From assembly GCA_013041925.1 (NCBI GenBank), contig JABDRB010000033.1:38148-62147 (forward strand): a stretch of 24,000 nucleotides of DNA, read 5' to 3'. The stretch is from Akkermansiaceae bacterium (GTDB lineage Bacteria > Verrucomicrobiota > Verrucomicrobiia > Verrucomicrobiales > Akkermansiaceae). This document shows, piece after piece, positions 7,510 to 14,999 of this stretch. Position 1 is the first letter of the stretch. Every line of letters starts with the position of its first letter. A program made the translations under genes and the position numbers. Below the pieces are notes generated by a model that searched no databases, had not been told where the DNA came from, and saw only the letters and a list, made by a program, of their open reading frames with translations.

Positions 7510-8751
7510 ATGAACGTCGCCATCACCGGCATTGGCCTGACCAGTGGTCTAGGCGACGGTGCGGATGGGCACGCGGAAAAAATATCCGCTGGCCAGCACG
7601 CGCTGCGCCCACTCTCCGGACTGTTTGGTAAGGAATCGAAGTATGCCCACCTGAATGCCTCGTGGATTGAAAACAGAAAGCTCATGGTGTCGCGTAAGTG
7701 GGCACCGGCGTCGATGCTTTCTCTTCACGTTGCGAAGCAGGCGATCTCAGATGCTGGCTTGACCGATGCGGAGGTGGCTGATGCCGCCGTGATCGTCGGG
7801 AGCAGCCGCGGTAATGTCGCTGGCTGGGTATCGCCATGGCCGACCCGTCGGCCGTTTAACCTGATGGCCGCCAGTAATTCGATGCACGGCGAGTTGGCGT
7901 CGGTGGTGAGTATTGAACTCGGGATTCACGGTCCGTGGCAGGTGATCTCCAGCGGCTGCGCGGCAAGCCTTGATGCCATGGGGATGGCGTGGATGATGCT
8001 CCAGCAGGGGGTCGTGAAACGTGCCATCGTCATCGGTGTGGAGCTGCCACTGATTCCCGAGGTGGTGCAGGCCTACGAGCGCACCGGCGTGTTGGCCACT
8101 GGCCCCGTCAACGACCCCTACTCGCCGGACGCGGGTGGTTTTTTCCCTGGAGAAGCAGGTGCGGCCATCGTGATGGAATCTGCTTCAGCCTTGTATGATC
8201 GACGCCAAGCGATGGAGTCATCCTACCCGGGCGGGCATCTCAGTTCGGGAAATGGAGTGGATGCACTAGCTCGCTCGATGGTCCAGATGACTGGCTACTG
8301 GTGTAACTCAGATGCAGCCTCTCCCATTGGGATGCCAACCGATGGTGCTGGTCTGCGCGATTGTCTCAACATGGCACTCACTGATCTCAAGGACCAATCT
8401 AAGCTTGCTGCGATTTGCCCGCACGCCAGCGGCACCCTGCTGCATGGCAAGGCAGAGCTTGCCGCGCTGCGCGCCGCATTGCCTGACGATCAAACGATTT
8501 CCCTGCACCCGCTTAAGCCATTTACCGGTCATACCGTGGGCGCCAGTGGGATCTTGGATTGCGCCATCCTCGGCCATTACCTCCGTGAGTCTCAACTTCC
8601 CCCGAACCTTCCTGGTATTACGTGCCCCGGGGAACCGTTTTCACTTGAGGCGAACGACTTGTCGCCAGAGGGGTCGACCGTGCTGAAAATTGCGGTCGGT
8701 ATGGGAGGGCATAACTCGATTGTTTCACTCCGCTCACCCTCACGGACATGA
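7510..8751 (+). CDS. Divergent beta-ketoacyl synthase, KAS I/II (FabF/FabB-like, Cys-His-His) family
   Basis: N-terminal MNVAITGIGLTSGLG. Active-site Cys in VISSGCAASLDAMGMAWMMLQQG. First His in ICPHASGT, Lys/His in LKPFTGHTVGASG. C-terminal IAVGMGGHNSIVSL corresponds to the FGFGGTN block. The track start at 7429 would overlap bioB by 38 nt and adds a non-KAS leader, so I prefer the ATG at 7510. Confidence 0.85.
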   Translation: MNVAITGIGLTSGLGDGADGHAEKISAGQHALRPLSGLFGKESKYAHLNASWIENRKLMVSRKWAPASMLSLHVAKQAISDAGLTDAEVADAAVIVGSSRGNVAGWVSPWPTRRPFNLMAASNSMHGELASVVSIELGIHGPWQVISSGCAASLDAMGMAWMMLQQGVVKRAIVIGVELPLIPEVVQAYERTGVLATGPVNDPYSPDAGGFFPGEAGAAIVMESASALYDRRQAMESSYPGGHLSSGNGVDALARSMVQMTGYWCNSDAASPIGMPTDGAGLRDCLNMALTDLKDQSKLAAICPHASGTLLHGKAELAALRAALPDDQTISLHPLKPFTGHTVGASGILDCAILGHYLRESQLPPNLPGITCPGEPFSLEANDLSPEGSTVLKIAVGMGGHNSIVSLRSPSRT

Positions 8752-9197
8752 GGCATCTCTACGTCTCCATTGCGGAACAACGACTCCGACTTCATGATGA
8801 GAGTGAACTGGTCGCCGACTATCCCATTTCTAGCGCGGCCAATGGAATCGGTTTTCAAGAGGGCAGCTACTGCACGCCAACGGGTCGATTCGAGATCAGT
8901 GAAAAAATGGGCGATGGCGAGGCGATAGGAACCATTTTTAGGTCGCGACAACCTATTGGGGTGTGGGACGGGACGCCCTGTGATGATGATCTTGTGCTCA
9001 CGCGTGTCCTGCGCTTGCACGGGCTGGATGCAGAAAATGCAAACAGCATGGAACGCTATATTTACATTCACGGCACCAACCAAGAGCACCTCCTCGGCCA
9101 ACCAGCCAGTTGCGGGTGTATCCGGATGAGCAATCAGGATGTGATCGATCTCTTTGATCGGGTCGAGCTGGGAGCCCCGCTTGTGATCGGGTATTAG
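8748..9197 (+). CDS. YkuD (L,D-transpeptidase catalytic) domain protein, single-domain, no signal peptide
   Basis: IYIHGTNQEHLLGQPASCGCIRMSNQDVIDLF matches the HG...S-x-G-C-I-R-M catalytic motif. The domain starts at residue 1 (MRHLYVSIAEQRLRLHDE...). The ATG overlaps the stop of the upstream KAS (ATGA at 8748-8751). Confidence 0.85.
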   Translation: MRHLYVSIAEQRLRLHDESELVADYPISSAANGIGFQEGSYCTPTGRFEISEKMGDGEAIGTIFRSRQPIGVWDGTPCDDDLVLTRVLRLHGLDAENANSMERYIYIHGTNQEHLLGQPASCGCIRMSNQDVIDLFDRVELGAPLVIGY

Positions 9198-9685
9198 GAG
9201 AGTTCCTTTCGCACATGCGCAAGCAGCTGCTGGCACCCATCCTCGATCATATCAGCCACTTTTTCAAATCCCTCGCCATTTCCATAATAAGGGTCGGGGA
9301 CATCCGTAACCTGATGATCGAGATCGTCACAAAAATCCGTAAAGCGGATCACCTTGTCGCGGTGGCTTCCGTCGGGGTCGAGCGCTGTGACGTGTCGGTA
9401 GTTATCCGTGTCCATCGTCAGGATGAGATCGTAGTTTAAAAAATCATCTTCGGTGAACTGCCTCGCCGTGCCGCTGCTCGGGATGCCTCGGTTCTGCAAC
9501 GTTTTTTTCATCCGCCGATCCGGAGCATTGCCAATCTGGTAGTCGTGGGTGCCTGCCGAGTCGGTGTGGATTTTACTCTCTAATTCAGCCGATTCGACGA
9601 GATGGCGGAAGATGTTTTCACCGGCGGGTGATCTGCAAATGTTGCCGAGGCAGACAAAAAGCACATTAAAAGGTGTTCTTGGCAT
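9194..9685 (-). CDS. Low-molecular-weight protein tyrosine phosphatase
   Basis: The P-loop VLFVCLGNICRSP is C-x5-R-S. DSAGT and the general-acid block DVPDPYYG are present. I prefer the start MPRTPFNVLF (complement of 9683-9685). The 60 extra N-terminal codons in the track ORF are not PTP-like. Confidence 0.9.
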   Translation of the reverse strand: MPRTPFNVLFVCLGNICRSPAGENIFRHLVESAELESKIHTDSAGTHDYQIGNAPDRRMKKTLQNRGIPSSGTARQFTEDDFLNYDLILTMDTDNYRHVTALDPDGSHRDKVIRFTDFCDDLDHQVTDVPDPYYGNGEGFEKVADMIEDGCQQLLAHVRKELS

Positions 9686-9713
9686 GATGCATGGATGCTG
9701 TAGAGTTTTTGCC

Positions 9714-11339
9714 ATGCTGGCAAGGATGAGATCGTGGATTTGTGGATGGGTCATTATGACAGGGATCATCCACGCTGATGATGTGCGCCCACATGTGATG
9801 GTCCTCGTCGCTGACGGTAGCGAGGTGGCCGCCGTCCCGAGTCTATCGGCTCGCCGTGTGCTCAATACGCAGCTTGTTACTCAAGAAAATGCTGACTCGA
9901 GCGAAGTTGCTTGGCGCCGTTCTCAAGGTGATTGTGTGCTTTCCCCCGGTCGAGTTGCCTGCTTTTCAGCCTTGTTATACGGGCATCATCCATTGTGGTC
10001 GGGGGTGGTGTCGGATCATGATTGGAGGCGCAGGGCTGCGAAGTCGATGACCCGTTTAAGTCTGATCGATCGTTATCAGGCGGCAGGTTACGTCAGCTTG
10101 TCTTATGGCTCAGGGCGCGAGGGATCAACCTTGATCGACCCCTGGGGAGCGGGGGATGATACGGGGGAGGAAGCTGAAAATGCCCGGAAGGGGTTGGGGA
10201 AAGCCTTCAGTGGAGAGAAGCCGATGTTTTGTATCATCCGTCAGGGAAGTGATTTTGATGACGCGGCGCTGGCTGGGTTGATGCGGCACCAGATTCTTTC
10301 CCTGGCGAAATCCAGCACCCGCCCGACGGTAGTTCTGATCGTCAGGATAAAACCACATACAGCCCCGGTGAAGCGTGGCCGTGTTCCGGACAGATACCAC
10401 TATCCGGCGGATTGGTATTTTTATCATTACGGCGAAAAGGGCGGGTTCATAACGGGTGCCGAGATGTTTAAGGCATCGAAAACAGACAGGGAGCTTCACG
10501 ATGGACTCGTTGGGTTGTTGGAAAACGTGAGACCATCCTCACCCGACTATCGGGTTTTTCATAAAGCCAACTGGCCTCCGAACGAGCCCCCCGAAAAATA
10601 CCGCCACCGTGGCTCACTCGTCATCGGCCAAGGGCATGCCCTCGTCGATGGGTTACAACTTTTTCCCGCCACCCCCAACCTCGAGCCCGATCTCAGTCGA
10701 CCGCTCGATATCGCTGCTCACCAAGCACTTCATGCAAAACTCCTTACTCAGCACGCCCGATGGTGGCAGAAGGCACGTAAGGCACTTCATGACCCGCGCG
10801 CTTTTCGCGTCGGTGAGGAGGATGGGAAACCGACCCGACTTACCGCTCTCGACTGGCGACCCTCAAAGATAATTCACCAGGACGGAACATTGCCAGCCTC
10901 TCAACCTCTCGTCTATCAGAAGGATTTAGTGGCCATATTACATGGCCTGACCGATCAAAAATACCGTGAATCCTTCCCTGCCTACTCTGGGAGTTTGTCA
11001 GTGAATATCACCCGGCCGGGACGTTATCAAATGACAGCGCGCCTGTTACCCGCAGAGGCGCAAAAACCAGAAGAAAAACCCTTGGCGCAGCTTCAGGGTG
11101 GGCGTGCGTTTTTTCGCCTTGGTGGGAATCAGATCCAGTTACGCCTCCAGAAAGGAGCATCGGCTGTTTCCGTATTCACCGATGCGGACGCCGGCGTCAC
11201 CGACCTCGAGTGCGGGTTCACCGGTCAACTAGCACTCGAACGTGAACTCGGTGCATTCTTTGTCGAAATTAAACGCGTCGGCGATAAAAAATTCGACCTC
11301 AAAGTGAAACCTACCATCGAGAAATCACCCGAGAAGTAG
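9714..11339 (+). CDS. Exported sulfatase-like protein with degenerate catalytic motifs (putative pseudo-sulfatase) plus an unknown C-terminal beta-rich region
   Basis: The N-terminal half aligns by eye to the genuine sulfatase at 21521-23101. [11 protein letters not shown] aligns to [35 protein letters not shown] aligns to [35 protein letters not shown] aligns to [26 protein letters not shown] aligns to TLVIYSSDQGF. The start is set at the ATG at 9714 ([21 protein letters not shown], weak signal peptide), because the upstream part of the 9549 ORF overlaps the divergent PTP gene. Confidence 0.5.
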   Translation: [541 protein letters not shown]

Positions 11340-11936
11340 GGCGATTTCTTCGCCGGGACCGTGAACGCCCTCGATCAGGATACCTTCGACGTCCGCGGTC
11401 TTGGATGGACCCGTTGCCCAAATGATGTTAGGGCTTGAGCCAAAAGCGTCAATGGCATCTGGAATCGTCCGAAGAATGTCTTCATTCTGGAGCACCCCGA
11501 CATGCACCCACGGGCTGAGGGCCGCGAGCCGGTCCGACGTTTGTTCGTCATTGAGGATCAACGTGCCACTCTCAGCGATCGCCCCGGTGGCACGTGTGAT
11601 GCCAAATGTGTAATCCTCATAGCGCGTCCGGTCATACTCGGTCTCGACGCCCATCCCCGCTTTGACCAAGTGCTCACCGACCTCGTCCATCAGGGCGGGG
11701 TCGCAGTAGCCGTGGACATTTTCTGTTTCCTTGAGAAGCGTAATCAGAGCATCGATCGAATCCATCGGCTTGCCATTTACGGCAGAAAAATTCCGGCTAA
11801 ACGTCTCCCAGTGGTTGGCTCCTTCCAGCTTGGGTGCGGAGTGGACGAGGCTGACGTCGTAGTCAGGAAGGGGCGTCTTCTGGGCAACGGCATCGGTGGC
11901 CTGCTTGATTTTGGAGAAAATAGATGATCGTGACAT
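11325..11936 (-). CDS. LUD-domain protein (LutC/YkgG-like)
   Basis: 203 aa. ITRATGAIAESGTLIL...SDRLAALSPWVHVGVL...I...ATGPSKTADVEGILIEGVHGP matches the LutC/YkgG pattern (GT..l...sr..sllP..hi.vv....iv....SrTaDIe..lv.GvHGP). Confidence 0.8.
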   Translation of the reverse strand: MSRSSIFSKIKQATDAVAQKTPLPDYDVSLVHSAPKLEGANHWETFSRNFSAVNGKPMDSIDALITLLKETENVHGYCDPALMDEVGEHLVKAGMGVETEYDRTRYEDYTFGITRATGAIAESGTLILNDEQTSDRLAALSPWVHVGVLQNEDILRTIPDAIDAFGSSPNIIWATGPSKTADVEGILIEGVHGPGEEIALLLG

Positions 11937-12126
11937 AAAATGATGATCGGGATGGGATCGGCATCAGCCTACTGGATGCGCACCCGCTTGCCTAGTCTCG
12001 AGTCTGATTGTGGAAAAATAATCCTTGTCCGCCATGGCGTGAATATCCAGCATATGTAGTCGGTGAACCTCTCCCGTGCACTCACCCACACGTGAAAGAT
12101 CATAGCAATTATTTCGTAGTATCAGC

Positions 12127-14994
12127 ATGATCAACAAACAAACTGGCTATTCCATCTTGATGACGTTAGCACTTGCCTGCTTGGTCATTCCCGCCATGGC
12201 GGACAAGGACACTATTTCGCTCGCCGGAACTTGGGGGTTCCAGCTTGATGGTGAGGACGTTGGGTTTGACCAACAATGGTACACTAAAAAACTGCAGGAT
12301 ACCGTCAAACTTCCCGGTACGACCGATGAGAATCATAAGGGGGTTCTTAAAAATGAAGAGTGCGTCGACCGGCTTTCCCGTGTCTGGTATTGGAAAGGGC
12401 CCGCTTGGTACCAACGCGAGGTGACGATCCCAGAATCTTGGAAAGGTAAAAAGATCACCCTGCTCCTCGAACGCACAAAAAATACGCGGGTCTGGGTCGA
12501 CCAGACATTCTGCGGTTGGCACGATTCACTGAGCGCCGCCCAGATTTTCGATGTCACCCAAGCGATGACGCCGGGTAAGCACACCATCACCGTGGTGGTC
12601 GATAACGCGAAACTGCCACCAGTCGGCCCATCCCACGCGGTCGACGAACGCACCCAGACGAACTGGAACGGAATCATCGGGAGGCTCGAACTCACCGCCA
12701 CCGATCCCGTCTGGCTCAAGGACGTACAAGTTTATCCAAACGCGGCAAAAAAAGAAGCGCGTGTCCGTGTGACGATCGGTAATATCACCGGTCAACCTGC
12801 CTCGGGAAATATCACCATCGGCTGCAAAAGCTACAACGTCGAAAAACCGGCGTCGTTTAACACGCAGGTGGTCAAGGTGAATGAAAAGGACGTCATGGAG
12901 TTCACCTACAAGCCAGGCGATAACGTACCGCTCTGGGACGAGTTCGAACCCGCGATGCTGCGTCTCGATGTGAAACTTGAAACCCAATCGGGCAACAGTT
13001 CATTTGCCGATAAAAAATCCGTCAGTTTCGGAATGCGTGATTTCAAGAAGGACAGAAACCTGATCAAAATCAACGGCAAGACGGCTTTTCTGCGTGGCCG
13101 GCTGGATTGCGCCAATTACCCACTGACCGGCTACCCACCGATGGATAAAGCCGAATGGCTACGGATCTTCAAGATCACTCTGGACTGGGGGATCAACCAC
13201 TACCGGTTCCATTCGTGGTGCCCACCCGAGGAGGCATTTCAGGCGGCCGACGAGCTGGGCATTTATTTGCAGCCGGAAATTCCAAGCAAACGCAGTGGCT
13301 ACAAAACATTAGAAAATACGGAGGCCGCACACTGGAACGTCGACCGACTCGATGTCGCAAGCACAGAAACCAAGGTCACGCTCTACGATTACGCCAAGCG
13401 AGAGGGTGAGCAGATTTTCGAACAATTTGGCAACCACCCGTCATTTGTCATGTTCACTCTTGGCAACGAACTCGGCCGGAACCAGGGGATGTTTGAAATG
13501 GTGGATTATTTCAAGAAAATCGACCCGCGCCGCCTCTACGCCCAAGGGGCGAACAACGTGCACTGGAACCCAAGCCTCGCTGTGGGAGATGAGTTTTGGA
13601 TCACTGGGAAGGTGGAGAAAAAATCCAAACCTCTCCGCGGTTCGTTCTCGCTCTTCGATTTTCCTAACCCACCGATCGAGAGCCTGTCACCATCGACGCT
13701 GTTTGATTTTAGCGAGTCGATCCAAGGTATCCAAGTGCCGATGATTGGTCACGAAACCGGCCAGTTCCAAGTCTACCCCGACTACCGAGACATCCCGAAA
13801 TTTACCGGGGTGGTGAAGGCAAAAAACTACGAAATTTTCCGCGATCGACTCAAGGAGGCGGGGATGCACGATCAAGCACACGATTTTGTGATGGCCTCCG
13901 GCGCGCTCGCGGCGATCTGTTACCGTGAGGACATTGAGATGGCACTGAGGACGCCAGGCTTCGCGGGTATTCAGTTGCTCGATATCCAAGATTTCCCCGG
14001 CCAAGGGACCGCACTGGTCGGGATGCTCAACGATTTCATGGAATCCAAGGGAGTGATCGAGCCGGAAACCTGGCGTCAATTCTGCAGTGAAACCGTGCCG
14101 CTGCTAAGGATGAAAAAATACACCTGGACGAGCGATGAGACGTTCCTCGCCCGCGCCCAGGTCGCCCACTACGGGCCGGCTGATATTGAAGACGCGCAGG
14201 TCACCTGGACGGTGACCGGTAGCCAAGGCAAAAAAATCGCGGGTGGGGCCTTCGATAAAGTCACCATCCTACAGGGTAAGGTGTTTGACATCGACATGTT
14301 CGCTCTGCCGCTGGACAAAGTGACCACGCCGCAGAAACTCACCATTTCCTTGGCGATCGTGGGCACAAAATACCGTAACGATTACAGCATCTGGGTCTAT
14401 CCACCAATGGTTGATACGAAAGCACCTGCCGGCGTGATGGTGACGGATAGTTTTCAGGCAAAAAAAACCAAGGCACACCTCGCCAAGGGAGGAAGCGTCC
14501 TGCTGCTGCCCAAACATGATAATCTCCCTCACAGCATCCAAGGTGGATTCCAGTGTGACTTCTGGTCGCCGATGTTCAGCATGTCTGCCAAAAAACGTAA
14601 GGTTGCCTATCCCGCACCCGGCACGCTCGGATTTCTCTGCGATCCCAAATCACCCGCCTTCGCTGGGTTCCCCACCGAGTTCCACACCAACTGGCAGTGG
14701 TGGCACCTGCTGAAAAACTCACGCCCGATCAAATTCGACGGCACCCCAGACGACTATCGCCCGATCGTCCAGATGATCGACAACTTTGTCCGCAACAGCA
14801 AACTCGGGCTGATCGCCGAAACCAAAGTCGGTAAAGGAAAGATGCTCATCTGCGCCGTCGACCTGCTCAGCCATCAGGATAAACCTGAAGCTCGCCAACT
14901 CCTCCACAGCCTGCTGCAATACACTGGGTCGAAAAACTTTGCCCCCAAGGCCGAAATTAAAGGTGAATTACTCAGCCAACTCCTCCCGCAATAA
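12127..14994 (+). CDS. Exported GH2-like glycoside hydrolase (sugar-binding jelly-roll + TIM barrel + C-terminal domains)
   Basis: Signal peptide MINKQTGYSILMTLALACLVIPAMA. ISLAGTWGFQLD...WYQREVTIPESWKGKKITLLLERTKNTRVWVDQTFCG is a typical GH2 N-terminal sugar-binding domain. FLRGRLDCANYPLTGYPPMDKAEWLRIFKITLDWGINHYRFHSWCPPEEAFQAADELGIYLQPE fits the TIM-barrel start. 955 aa. Confidence 0.7.
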   Translation: MINKQTGYSILMTLALACLVIPAMADKDTISLAGTWGFQLDGEDVGFDQQWYTKKLQDTVKLPGTTDENHKGVLKNEECVDRLSRVWYWKGPAWYQREVTIPESWKGKKITLLLERTKNTRVWVDQTFCGWHDSLSAAQIFDVTQAMTPGKHTITVVVDNAKLPPVGPSHAVDERTQTNWNGIIGRLELTATDPVWLKDVQVYPNAAKKEARVRVTIGNITGQPASGNITIGCKSYNVEKPASFNTQVVKVNEKDVMEFTYKPGDNVPLWDEFEPAMLRLDVKLETQSGNSSFADKKSVSFGMRDFKKDRNLIKINGKTAFLRGRLDCANYPLTGYPPMDKAEWLRIFKITLDWGINHYRFHSWCPPEEAFQAADELGIYLQPEIPSKRSGYKTLENTEAAHWNVDRLDVASTETKVTLYDYAKREGEQIFEQFGNHPSFVMFTLGNELGRNQGMFEMVDYFKKIDPRRLYAQGANNVHWNPSLAVGDEFWITGKVEKKSKPLRGSFSLFDFPNPPIESLSPSTLFDFSESIQGIQVPMIGHETGQFQVYPDYRDIPKFTGVVKAKNYEIFRDRLKEAGMHDQAHDFVMASGALAAICYREDIEMALRTPGFAGIQLLDIQDFPGQGTALVGMLNDFMESKGVIEPETWRQFCSETVPLLRMKKYTWTSDETFLARAQVAHYGPADIEDAQVTWTVTGSQGKKIAGGAFDKVTILQGKVFDIDMFALPLDKVTTPQKLTISLAIVGTKYRNDYSIWVYPPMVDTKAPAGVMVTDSFQAKKTKAHLAKGGSVLLLPKHDNLPHSIQGGFQCDFWSPMFSMSAKKRKVAYPAPGTLGFLCDPKSPAFAGFPTEFHTNWQWWHLLKNSRPIKFDGTPDDYRPIVQMIDNFVRNSKLGLIAETKVGKGKMLICAVDLLSHQDKPEARQLLHSLLQYTGSKNFAPKAEIKGELLSQLLPQ

Positions 14995-14999
14995 CAATC

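Noticed and set aside
6654-7685. 343-aa ORF on the minus strand
   Set aside because: It is fully antisense to the unambiguous bioB gene and the KAS start. The translation is low-complexity and R/H/L/S-rich with no recognisable motif. It is a typical shadow ORF of a moderately GC-rich gene.
8592-9236. 214-aa minus-strand ORF
   Set aside because: It is antisense to the YkuD gene and the KAS 3' end, with no motifs. The plus-strand genes carry clear catalytic signatures.
9549-9713. Long N-terminal extension of the 596-aa ORF, and likewise the 60-codon extension of the PTP ORF to 9865
   Set aside because: The two extensions overlap each other on opposite strands. The PTP family starts a few residues before the CX5R loop, and the plus-strand gene acquires a signal-peptide-like start at 9714.
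14460-14467. A8 homopolymer inside the GH2 gene, a possible slipped-strand phase-variation site
   Set aside because: It encodes Ala-Lys-Lys in frame. The gene contains several other A5-A7 runs from lysine codons. There is no sign of a frameshifted copy or an associated methylase/invertase context, so it is most likely ordinary coding sequence.
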